A DNA stretch of 57,802 bases, counting the filler, from Basidiobolus meristosporus CBS 931.73 (lineage: Eukaryota; Fungi; Basidiobolomycota): assembly GCA_002104905.1 (NCBI GenBank). It is 3 parts of 3 records of this genome, joined end to end, with 100 filler letters (N's around TTAATTAATTAA, not from the genome) between each part and the next. Parts side by side here need not be neighbours in the genome. Positions count along the whole stretch, not along the records: positions 41,815 to 57,802 come from MCFE01001136.1; 2 more parts are not named here. One strand, given 5' to 3'. A program made the position numbers and the translations under genes. The notes under the pieces are model-generated. The model was not told the origin of the DNA, did not search any database, and saw only the letters and a program-made list of their open reading frames with translations. The stretch's first letter is position 1. Every line of letters begins with the position of its first letter. This document shows, one piece after another, positions 46,572 through 57,802 of this stretch.

Positions 46572-48766
46572 TTAGGCAGTGAGGGTGGTGTGTTCGAAGA
46601 GCTTCTCCTTGGGTGTGATCTCGATATCCCCGTAAGGCTCGCTCTGCTTGACTTTCACTACATCCTTGGTTGAAAGGACCAGCAGTTCGAAGAAGAATTT
46701 CACTGCGTCGGTTCGGGTGGCTTGGCCGGCGATGTTGCGGTACTTGAGGTTGGTGGTGGTTTCCATTCCTGGGTCAGCTGCCTTCTGAATCTCGCTTCGA
46801 AGCAAGTTCATGGTTTTGACGGTGGATTTACTGAACGCTGCTTCGGTGCCTGCTTCGGGCTCTTCGATTTCCTCGGCGTCAAAGATTTCAGATCGGCCCA
46901 AGTCTTGAGCGGTGTGTTCACTGATGAATGGCTGTTCGGCAGAGATGGAAAGTGCGGGAGAAGCGGGGACCTGGGGTATTTCCTGTAGAAATTGGGTTAT
47001 TCTAATCTGTTGATCAGATTCGATGTGGCGCAGGAGCCTTACCTCGCCACCTTCTTCAGTACGCGCTTGCTCGGCAGAAATTTGCTCCTCGTGCTCAATA
47101 CCGAAGATTTCGTCCTCGATGGGTGCAGGCTCACCCAAATCAATGCCAGAGGTTTCTGGCTCCTCAACAGGAACAGAAGGCATCAGCTCTTCCTCGACTA
47201 AGAAATGGGTTAATATCATCCACATGTACTCGACTAACGTAGACAGTACTTACTGTCCAATCCAAATGCCTCTCTGGATTCCTCAGCATCAGGCACTGTT
47301 TGTTGATCCTTGACCAAGTCCCTTGTGAATAAGCCCATCAACTCGGGCACCATATTCTGTGGGCCACCGAGCGACAAATAATACTGGGCTCCCTCATCCT
47401 GGATTTGCTTCAGCCTCATCATTTTCTTGGAGACGGGAAGGTAGACCTCCTCTTGGGTGATGTCCGAAGTGTCTCTGAGCTGGCCGGAAATGTGGTCGCT
47501 GGGAAGCTCAATCACCTGATCAACAATGAGCTTTCTTTTTCTGGTCTGTCTGGAGATGATCCTTGCTGGTGCTACCATAGCTGGTGCTTCAAGCATGCTT
47601 TGCTCTACAATATTGAGGCGACTTTAACTTAATGTCCAATCCACCACAACCGTTACAATGATTCTACCTTGTTCTGGAATTTCCTCTTCGGGTGCACCCT
47701 GCTCTACAGCTATGGGCTCTTCGGGGCTAAAGAGGGATAAGTTAGAGAGGCTTCAAGAATCAACCAGCGGTGACATACTAACCGATCCAAACCAAGGTCC
47801 ATATCGTCAAACAAATTCTCCTCTCCAGGCTTCGCCTCAAAGGAAAACTCTGGAAGTTCGCCCAGTGGCTCCATTCCAGGCTTTCCTTCGTCCAGAGTAA
47901 TATCACCGGGGCCATCGATGGAGAAGGACAACTCTGGCTGGGCATCTCGACCGACTTCAATATCCATGGTGGAATCGTCGCCCAGCAGAGCGGGACGGAA
48001 ATCGTCTTCCAAACCAAGGTCCAACTCTCTTCCCTCCTCAACTTCGAAACCCTGACCGAACAAATCATCCCGTCCTAAGCCCACGTCGATGGTGGCAGCG
48101 CCTAGGCCTTCCTGTAGGGTGATATCTTGTGGGCGAGAGACGATTTGGCTTTCTTGTGTGGGGGCCTCCAGAGCTTCCCAGTTTCTGGACAATTCGTAAC
48201 CGTCAGTAAGAGTCAAAGCATCGGCAACGAAAAGTGCTACTCACTGAAGGTTGAAATCGGGGTCAGGTAACAAGATGTCGAACTCGGTAATGTTATCGGC
48301 GAGAGTGATGGTATTGAAGCTAGCTACTGCTTGTTCACTAGGCATATCAACCATACCGGGCCTAAAAGCCTAGAGTTTGGTTGCGTTAGTTTACCGCTGC
48401 CAAAAGTGCCAACCGTCCGACTCCGAGGGCGGGGAACGTACCATTTTGATTTTGACTAACGCTTCGTTACAGTCTTCAAGTAGGTATCTGGCTTTACGAG
48501 AATAAATCCTGACAACACCAAGTAGAAGTTGTCCCGACAAACGTAAGGCCAGAGGGGGTTGGTCACCACCCACGATTGCACCTGTGAAAACAATCGGTAT
48601 AAGCGAGGGCCCAGGTAGCCATCTACAGGGGGGATCACTTACCAACTGAAGATTGAATGTTGGCCTGAAGGAATTGGGCTTTACTAAGCTTCCGCTCCCA
48701 ATGAGCGGCTAGCCACACCTTCGCCAGCGGGCCTTTTTTGGACAAGATCGCTTCTGAATAAAACAT
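46572..48766 (-). CDS. RAD21: Rad21/Scc1, duplicate
   Basis: Same 8-exon structure at offset 46335. Confidence 0.95.
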
Positions 48767-49249
48767 GCTGGTTTCTATTTACTGACAAGTAAACCAAAAA
48801 TCGAACTGGTCCGCAGGAGGATAACTGTGGTTTAAAAAGGTCAAAAAGTCCCTCACACGCTAACGCGACCGTAAGGAGATAAGCAAGAAGATTGCGGGAT
48901 TCGCTGGATATAAGCTGTATAGGTGTCGCGAAATATCGTGTCAATTTGGATCACCTAACTCGGCGGACTTCTGGGTGGGCTGATTGGCCGACGTTGGTAT
49001 ATATATCTTTATTAATAACAAACTGTAAATCAACCGATCGTTTAGGAAATCCCCTCGACGACTACGGTCAACTGTGCATCGGGTTTCTTGTTTGCTCGAA
49101 TGTATCATATAAACATATTCGACTGGATTCATTGGGCCAGCCGTTCAAGGAATAGGTGACACAGTAGATGGAATGTACATTGGGTATCAAAAGATAATGG
49201 ACTATTTATTGCCTGAAATGTGGTTTAACTTTAATTCAAATCAATGCAT

Positions 49250-49853
49250 CTAGGCGGTGGCTTCCTCCTTCTTCTCCTCTTCCTTGGAGGCCTCCTCGCT
49301 GTTAAAGCAAAGGTTTAGCACGTGTCGCATAAAGAATATCCATTAATGCTACTCTTACAAGTTCTCGACAAGTTCGGGGACTTCTTCGTCGTTCTCCTCG
49401 GCGATAGCTCCCTCAGCTTGTTGGTAAGCTTCGGCGAGTCTGCGAAGGCTGGCAAGGGACTCGGGGCCGAGTTGGTGGAGGATTCCGGGAATGAGCTCGG
49501 TGAGTTCCTTGTCTTCACCCTTACCAGAGATCACGAAAGTGTTGGATTGGATGGAAGCAGCAACTATAAGCATAAAACATGAGGTTGATTAGCTTCGTTG
49601 GACGCGATCGAGGTCTCGTGAGTCATTCCGTACCCTTGGGAGAGGTGAAGTGGAGGACCTTTCCGTCATCCTTGAACATGTTGACTTCGTCAATGGCAGG
49701 GATAGGTTGGACGTTGAGCTTCTTGATAACTCCTTGAAGCTTCTTGTCGTCGGTACCGGCAGCCTTGGTGGCCTTCTTGACCTTACGGCGGGGAGTTCCC
49801 TTACCACCGATACGGACTTGGGATTGCAATTTGGCGAGTTTTTCGGGGTTCAT
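49250..49853 (-). CDS. EGD1: NAC beta/BTF3, duplicate
   Basis: Same 3-exon structure at offset 46335. Confidence 0.95.
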
Positions 49854-50188
49854 GTTCGATTCTAAGACGTGCAAAGGGGATGGGTTAGCGCTCGGTCGTG
49901 CGGGTCGACTGGGAATTGGATGGATTCAACGCGACATCATGATTGATTCAACATACCGTTTACCAACAACCTTAAAGGATGGCCTCAAGAAAGGGTTAGG
50001 AAAGAGTGGATAATGTGGTGTTTGATTGCTTCAAATCCCTTTTCCGGGGTGCACCCCTATTTTCGGGAGGCACGGCTGATTCTACTAGATCTCAAAAATC
50101 ATCTTCGTCATCCAAAAGTCAATTCGTGCTAAATCATGCTCCTGATATATGTTCCAACTCAAATGTTGTCAAGACGCAAAAAAAAAAT

Positions 50189-50270
50189 TGATGAGAGTGG
50201 GGTTCGAACCCACGCCTCCGAAGAGACTGCGACCTGAACGCAGCGCCTTAGACCACTCGGCCATCTCACC
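50189..50270 (-). tRNA. tRNA-Leu(CAG)
   Basis: Identical to 3853-3934. Confidence 0.95.
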
Positions 50271-50620
50271 TTGCGTTTTTTCGTGATCTAAATTGGAACA
50301 CCAATATTGTATTTCCAACTCTGCCATTTTGCAACTAGTATTCCACCTTAATCCAATGCTCAATACTTGCGAATGACATACTACCATTTCCTGTCGAAAT
50401 AAACCAGCACTAGCCTTGTAAAAGTTCAACACAGGATCAGATTGGATTACTTTCTATTGATTTAATAATCAAACAATCTTGAAGCACGCTGTATTGTGCT
50501 GTCCTTCAAGCACTTGAAATTTATAAGTAGGCGTACTAAAATATATCAGACGCTTAAATTTAATTAAGTACAGGTCGTACTTCATATTTGATTTAATTGT
50601 TGAATAATAGGTGGGTAATA

Positions 50621-50849
50621 TCAAGCTGTCAGAATGTGCAAACCGTCCTCGCCAGGCTGTTGGAATAATCAACCGGCAAGTTCATCAACTGAGTAGGTCC
50701 TATGGCCCCGAAGGTCCGATCGGTCACTACTCACACTTCCCTTTACGGACAGCGCACTACGTCTCATCTACCAGCTTGGTATTAGTGTCTTTGTTGGGAA
50801 ACAAAGACTGGGAATGTACTATATACATAATCCTGTAAAGTACAGTCGT
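50621..50849 (-). ncRNA. U3 snoRNA, copy 3
   Basis: Duplicate of 4293-4521. Confidence 0.85.
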
Positions 50850-51325
50850 GAGGAACAACCCATACACACGCGCCATATTTATACTTTCCACTCCGAAAAA
50901 ATTTTCTCCAACGGACGGAAAAAATCGACGATTCGATTGCAAACATTTCTTATCCCACACCAAATCGATCCATCACGCATAACCAAACGACATATTTGGG
51001 CGGATGTGGGGGAATTTTTGGATGCTCAATCAACACTCCTTCGAAGTCTCATGTGGCAAGTGATGTGGATTTGAATGTTGACACTACCGTAATGGAACAA
51101 CCAAATCTTGACGTGATTGTGTTATGAATACCATGATAGTGATATCATCGTACCTAACCCCAAGTCTTACAAAGTATCCCAGAGTGCTTCATATGTTTCT
51201 TGAGCTTATTACCTACTATTGTTGTCTTTACGGCAATCGACTCTTTACAAAACGTTCCTTGAGCTTGTAGCGAGATATCAATCAGACTTTTCAAGTGTCC
51301 AAAATTCAATGGCACAAAAGAACTA

Positions 51326-51398
51326 CGACCCAGGTGGGGGTCGAACCCACGACTTTCTCCTCCGGAGGGAGACACTCTTTCCACTGAGCTACAGGGCC
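51326..51398 (-). tRNA. tRNA-Arg(CCG)
   Basis: Identical to 4998-5070. Confidence 0.9.
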
Positions 51399-52156
51399 AC
51401 TTATTTATTTGTGATGCCAAGTTATGATTTGATAAACCGGAAGCATGGTGTCTAGGATAACCAATTGATTCTCGATGAACTGTCTATGTTATACGAGTAT
51501 TATATAGCACATGTCTAAATTGACTGTTCCCTACTTTGAGTTCAGCATTCCTTGAACAATGGTTCTTTTGGTTGAAGCCTTTATTCAAAAAGGCTGAATG
51601 TTGCACAAAATATTATTGAATGCCAATAAAGGAAGATTATAAGGGGTTTCAATCCTACCTAGAATTTTCACATTAATCTATGCCTGAAGATATGGCTAAG
51701 CATCCGATTTACGCAACGTATTTCTGTAGTCACTAAGGCCGAACAAATTTAGAACCTAAGTAGAAGTGCTAGTTCTCATGTGGATATAAATGATGGGTTT
51801 CCGGCTCGAAAAAACGTACCATTGGACTCAGACCTCTTGTACGTGAGTGGGATTTTATTTCCATGTGAAGAAAGACCACATACATTTCGTGCTTTGTCTC
51901 CTCTATTACATAGACTAATAGGTTGACCCACCGATGTATATTTGGTAATAGAGGTGGGGCGTGCGCTGAGTAACTACCCAACCCAAAATACTTCACTTGA
52001 ATATTCACCCGTGCTGATAATCAACACCGGTTCAATATATCAGCTATCCACTTGGTACACTAGCCACTATCTCAGTTGAGCGCAAATGGTGAAGAGCTTG
52101 AATCACAATTCATGTGCAGACGAAAAATGTCTACTGTCTTTCGAGAAGAAAATGTT

Positions 52157-52238
52157 TGATGAGAGTGGGGTTCGAACCCACGCCTCCGGAGAGACTGCGA
52201 CCTGAACGCAGCGCCTTAGACCACTCGGCCATCTCACC
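52157..52238 (-). tRNA. tRNA-Leu(CAG)
   Basis: Identical to 5768-5849. Confidence 0.95.
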
Positions 52239-53253
52239 ATCCTCTTTTGGTTCCCAACTTAAATAGGTCTTGAGAATAAGGGGTAGGCTGAAGTCGTGCC
52301 CATCGCTCACTTTGTTCAAACATCAACCAATGCTGTAAATGACTGTCGATCTTGTCAGATATTTGGATATTATTCGGCACCAATCTATCACTAATTTATC
52401 ACTAAATACTTTTTCAAGTATACAGTGTATAAGACTTCGGGAGAATCACCAGCAAGCCAGCCTCGTACACAGGTATCTTCTCACCCAGACTCCGGGTTAA
52501 CCTTTACTGTAGATACAACTGGGAAGTGTATTAACGTATCCGCTTGAATTGTGTGAAGAGCCATCTTATGTGAGTCTTGGATGGTTTATATCTTGTCTCA
52601 CTGTACCTTGCTCTGGGTACACTATCCCTTCATTCGATGTGGTTGTGCCACTAGTTAGAGACCTGATTCCAAAAGACTAACTTTTGTGTTGTACTAAATA
52701 TTGTTGCATGCCATTGTTGTGGTATCAGGTTCTCTCGACATTCTGCTGATACTTGCCACTTCCTATTGCTGTATTTGTGAGCGTTCGAATCTATGAGAGG
52801 TACACTTGAATTTCTATCTTTACCGTTTTAGAAGTCCAAGTATTTTGTATCTATCTAATGTGCAGTACTGGTGAATCAGTGGCCCCAGTGTCTAACTAGC
52901 ACTAGCCTCATGTAGTTCAGCATAGACTCAACTTGGAGATGTTGTGTTGACTACTGACTCAATCAGCTAATGTTGCTGATTAAAAACCGTATACACCCGA
53001 TCATTCTATCGATTTAAACACGCTTAAGTAATGTTCTAGTAGTATTCATACAACTGATATTAGATATTAGGTGGGTAATATTGTGCGGATTACTGGCCCA
53101 ATTATCAATTATACGCGCGTGTAAATGAGCATTCATCAATCACGCTATAGATTTGACACTATACCATCGTAGTTGCGCAATAGATATTCCAATTTATCAT
53201 TTAGCCAAAATTCTTATAATTTGGTTTGTTTGTTGAATAATAGGTGGGTAATA

Positions 53254-53482
53254 TCAAGCTGTCAGAATGTGCAAACCGTCCTCGCCAGGCTGTTGGAATA
53301 ATCAACCGGCAAGTTCATCAACTGAGTAGGTCCTATGGCCCCGAAGGTCCGATCGGTCACTACTCACACTTCCCTTTACGGACAGCGCACTACATCTCAT
53401 CTACCAGCTTGGTATTAGTGTCTTTGTTGGGAAACAAAGACTGGGAATGTACTATATACATAATCCTGTAAAGTACAGTCGT
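53254..53482 (-). ncRNA. U3 snoRNA, copy 4
   Basis: Duplicate of 6866-7094. Confidence 0.85.
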
Positions 53483-53727
53483 AAGGAAACATCTAACCGC
53501 AAACCGGTCTTTTATACCTTTGGGAGAGGAAAATATTCTGACAATAGGGAAAAATAACCCTTATCCCATCAACACCATATTTACAATCACCCACAAAATT
53601 AACCAAATCAGGTATAGGTTAGGAAGAGTTTGATGGTCTAGTCCCTTCGCTTGTCAGTAAAAGCGAAGTCATGTATCAATCTTTCCCAAATCATTGACTT
53701 CTCCTTCACTCAAGATACCTTCCCAGT

Positions 53728-54032
53728 ATGCATCCTCATTTGGCCAAACATAAGCTCAGAGATTGTTTGGAGGCCATTTATGACCTTGAGGAATGTCACA
53801 TAGAGCACCCCTATGGTAAGTACTTTGGAATCTGCAACTCCTTCAAGAATGCCCTGAATGGTTGCCTAGGTGAAGAGGTTTGTATCGTTGTTTATTCTCG
53901 TCACTCAATAGAAATAAGAAAACTCATTAATATTCTTAGTTTGACGAAAGACGTAAGCTCAACGCTGCCAACGCCCGTGCAAAGAGAGAGAGAGTGGAGA
54001 ATGTTTGGAAAGAGATCGACGAAGAGGAGTAG
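53728..54032 (+). CDS. CMC2: Cmc2-like twin CX9C protein, duplicate
   Basis: Same two exons at offset 46388. Confidence 0.85.
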
Positions 54033-54230
54033 ACTCCTTTGGCATATGACCCAAGCATCGTTAGATGTGCATTGTACATTTACTTGAGCCTACAACCCAA
54101 CATCACCCGCTATCTACCAAAAAAATTATTCCATGTTGGGCTATTCCGTAATCATTTGATCACGAATGACCATCAACACGTCTAATAAACTTCCTTTCCA
54201 GCTGGTATCTCTTCAGTTTGTATTCTTCTC

Positions 54231-54712
54231 ATGCAAGACAGCCATCTGATACCAAAGGTTCGTATCTCCCTCTCAAGTGTGCATTCTATTTGCAGCAATA
54301 ACTGTGGTATGTTTAGTTCACCCAGATCTATGATGAACAGACGCAGACGTGGAAGTATCCTACTGTTCACTACCTGTTTCAGGACGAGGGGTTACCCGAA
54401 GAGCTAGATAACGAGCAGTGCATTGTGGTGGATTTGTCTGGGGATGGTGAACATGTGTCCCAGGTGCGCTCATATAGCTCTAGTTTCCAGGTTACCGAAT
54501 GCCGAACCACTGTCAACACCTCGAAAACCGACAAGAAAGAGACCACCTTGAACCTCACCATCCACGGGATCTCCAAACGGAAAAACGTGGAGTTGCCGCT
54601 GGAAGACTCCCTGGAGCCGCACCAGTTTAACGCCAATATTGATAGCATGATGAATTCTTTCTTAGCTAGACAGAGTTATCTCAAGAAAGCTTTTATAAAT
54701 CAACAACCATAA
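54231..54712 (+). CDS. Atg31-like protein, duplicate
   Basis: Same structure at offset 46386; one E/G change (LSEDG versus LSGDG). Confidence 0.55.
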
Positions 54713-54840
54713 ATTCCCCTCAAACCAACCTCAAATTGTGACTTGCCCAAACTAATTAATCAATGTGGATAATTTTATGTGAACACCTCTGAATTTATAG
54801 TCCAGCATTGGTGTGGCTTCGTTTGATCAACCACTTTCCC

Positions 54841-56317
54841 ATGAGCTTCCTCTTTAAGCCTAAACCAAAGTCCCCTCAATTAATTGTACAGAGCGTGAGG
54901 GATTCCCTTTATCGTATCGATGGCCCAGACTGGAAGAAGGTCTGATTCATTTCCTCTCATCTGGGTGTCAGTTGCTTTGTTTAGCTCATGTCGCTATGTT
55001 CGTTGTAGGCCACTGACGAGGTGACGAAAACCCTGCAAATCCTGAGGGAGATGTTGAAAGAGGGCGACGGTACACACTTGGGTTAAACCTTCCTTCCACT
55101 CTATTTGCTTATGCAACTCCAACCTCATTCAGCCACGCAGGTTGCGCAAGAGATACATAAAGCGGATCTCTTGCAACTTCTCATCCTGAAACTGCCCAGT
55201 CTTGAGTTCGAGGTAAATGCGACAGCAACTTCCACCAACCTGTTCACATGCGCTTACACAAAGCGGTAGACGAAAAAAGACGTGGTCAGCATATTCGGTC
55301 TACTCTTGCGAAGCCAGCTTGGTCATAGACACCCGACCGTTGATTATCTTTCGGAGAAATCGCACACGCTGTTCGCCATACTTCACGGGTACGTACACCA
55401 TCGTTGGCCGTAGTCCAGCAGGTTGATTAACTTTGCCCCAGCTTTGACAACCCCGAGATCGCATTGAACTGTGGCACGATACTGAAGGATTGTGTCAAAT
55501 ACCCGCCTCTGACCAAAGTGCTGCTAGATAGTCCGGAGTTTTATAAATTTTTCAAATACATTCAATCAGATACCTTTGACATCTCAAGCAATGCATTCTC
55601 CACATTCAAGGTGAGCTCAACAAACATACCTCCTGCTCCTCCGATGGTAACCGTCATATCCAGGATATCCTGACCCGCCAGAAAGAGTTATCCTCCACAT
55701 TCCTAGTAAAGGAATATGACAAAGTAAGTGGGCATGTATCTGCATTGACGCCAGTGAAAGCTAACCACCCATCAGTTCTTTGAGCACTTCTATCAGCTGT
55801 TAATGTCCGCCAACTACGTGACCAAACGACAATCGTTAAAGGTAATGGTACAACGAGGAAGGCAAGGCCCGATTTCGCGACTAACCCGACGCATAGCTTT
55901 TGTCGGAGATCCTGATGAGCCGTACGAATTTTGAGGTGATGACCAGGTTTATTGGATGTCCAGAGAATCTGAAGACGATCATGAACCTACTCCATGACCC
56001 AAGCAAGAGCGTCCAGATCGAAGCGTACCATGTGTTTAAGGTACTGGCTACACTCATCCACCCCAAGCCTCCCTAACACCCCACCCCCACCAGGTCTTCG
56101 TTGCCAACCCGCACAAACCACCTGCAATCGCCGAGATCCTGCGAAAGAATCAGGAGAAATTGGTGGCCTACCTCAATAATCTAAGTGATGGTCGAAACGG
56201 TAAGGGCCAGGGCGTTTATGCGGCCGTTGATCTGGTTGATTAATTCTCTACTTAGATGAGATGAAGTTTAACGAGGAAAAGACCTACCTGCTCCGAATCA
56301 TTCACCAATTAACGTGA
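54841..56317 (+). CDS. HYM1: MO25/Hym1, duplicate
   Basis: Same structure at offset 46386. Confidence 0.93.
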
Positions 56318-56529
56318 ATCAATGCTTTCACCCCATCATCCCCCCTCACCCCTCACCCCTCACCCCTCACCCTCCCCTCACCCTACTGTTGCGGATGCTG
56401 AAGAAAAATTAGATCAGGTCCCCAGTCAGAATTTTATTAAAAGAAGTGCCGGATTGTTCGGCAACTCCCTTTCTTTTGATTCTTGCGAATAAACGAATCT
56501 TTCTTCCTTCGTTTCGCATTCATATTACC

Positions 56530-57112
56530 ATGAAGTAGGTGGAGTTCATTGCAGCTAGATGAGAACCATCCATCAACCCCTAACCCATCGACTTCCTCTA
56601 GGATCGAACTCTGCTCCTTCTCCGGCTACAAGATCTACCCTGGTCATGGTAGACTCTTCGTTCGTTCTGACAGCAAAGTAAGTCCCCATCCCATCTCATC
56701 GCCTCAGTGGAGCCACGTTGGCTAACCGGATGGCCCCTAGGTTTTCCGCTTTGTTGACTCCAAGACCGAGTCCCTCTTCCAACAACGCATGAACCCCCGT
56801 AAAATCAGCTGGACCGTTGTCTTCCGTCGCATGCACAAGAAGGGTATCACCGAGGAAGTCGCCAAGAAGCGTACCCGTCGTACCGTCAAGCACCAACGTG
56901 CCGTCGTCGGTGCCTCCTGGGAAGCTATCCGCGCCAAGCGTAACCAAAAGCCTGAGGTTCGTGCTGCTGCTCGTCAAGCCGCCATCCGCGATGCCAAGGA
57001 CAAGAAGAAGGCCGAACAGACCAAGAAGAAGGAGATCCGTGCTTCTCAACCCAAGATCTCCAAGCAACAAGCCAAGGGTGCCCGTCCCGTTGTTGCCGCC
57101 AAGAGCCGTTAA
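56530..57112 (+). CDS. RPL24: 60S ribosomal protein L24, duplicate
   Basis: Same structure at offset 46393. Confidence 0.96.
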
Positions 57113-57802
57113 GAGGTGTTCGGAACTTTAAATAAACTCTACCGAGACCTCGTTCTCGTTATGTCGTAGATGGTGATTTTGTGTGTAAGTTCTAGGAATG
57201 GCTGGGTTGTCTGTACGTACATCGTGGAAGGGAAGGGTGCGCTTTTAAAATGACGTATGGGTTGTAGTATTCACACGGATTAGCTGTTTCTATTCACTAC
57301 TCGCTCCTAGTCCTAATCCTACGATATTGCTACAGTCACTTCATCTATCTCCTGGCACCTTGAGGTAGATGGTGTAAGGGATACATTATTGCGTCGATTA
57401 TTTATCAGTGATTTTATATTAAATTGATGGATTAAGACTGCGTGGATACTCTGTGGTTTGCAGTAATATTGAGAAGAGCGATAGTCCCCCGAAATCGCTC
57501 AAACTCTACCATTGCTATGGATTACTCTCCCAAAAACTACCAGAGAATCCTATGCTACGCTTAAGCGTAACTACTTCTGTCATCGTAACACGGTTGTTCC
57601 TATAATTACTCTACTACTTCTCGACTATTTTATTGGCAGTGAAACGTGCTAGATTAAGTTGGCCATGAAAAGCTGTGTGAGAGGTCTATACATTGTTGAT
57701 AATGAGGTAAATTCCATGTTTGCACCTAAATATTTATGTTCAGTGAGTCCAATATATACTAGCATAAGGACTTTTACCATCTCCTGACCAAACTACCTTT
57801 TG

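Larger units (their letters stand above)
46335..57802 (+). repeat. Segmental duplication, copy 2
   Basis: See 1-11190; this copy lacks the 10809-13692 insert structure. Confidence 0.97.

Overview
Eukaryotic, intron-rich fungal DNA (introns about 60 nt). It looks like an early-diverging fungus, possibly Zoopagomycota such as Basidiobolus, but that is inference only. Two 100-bp scaffold gaps carry a TTAATTAATTAA six-frame-stop linker (20019-20118, 41715-41814). (1) An ~11.4-kb housekeeping block occurs twice in direct orientation ~46.3 kb apart (1-11190 and 46335-57802). It holds RAD21, NAC-beta/EGD1, a co-oriented ncRNA cluster (tRNA-Leu(CAG), U3 snoRNA, tRNA-Arg(CCG), tRNA-Leu(CAG), U3), CMC2, an Atg31-like gene, HYM1/MO25 and RPL24. 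(2) Between the copies lies a ~30-kb CpG-depleted transposon domain: nested Ty1/copia copies with a half-tRNAiMet PBS, a full-length chromovirus with a self-priming PBS interrupted by a 735-bp foldback element, and degenerate repeats. (3) Inside that domain a CpG-retaining ~5.4-kb island carries a phosphobase-methyltransferase-fold enzyme with an apparently remodelled active site, an alpha/beta hydrolase and an SDR reductase pseudogene. (4) A tandem array of class I SAM methyltransferases and mitochondrial HSP70 follow. The best leads are the metabolic island, the U3/tRNA cluster with its anomalously diverged spacer, and the transposon mechanisms.
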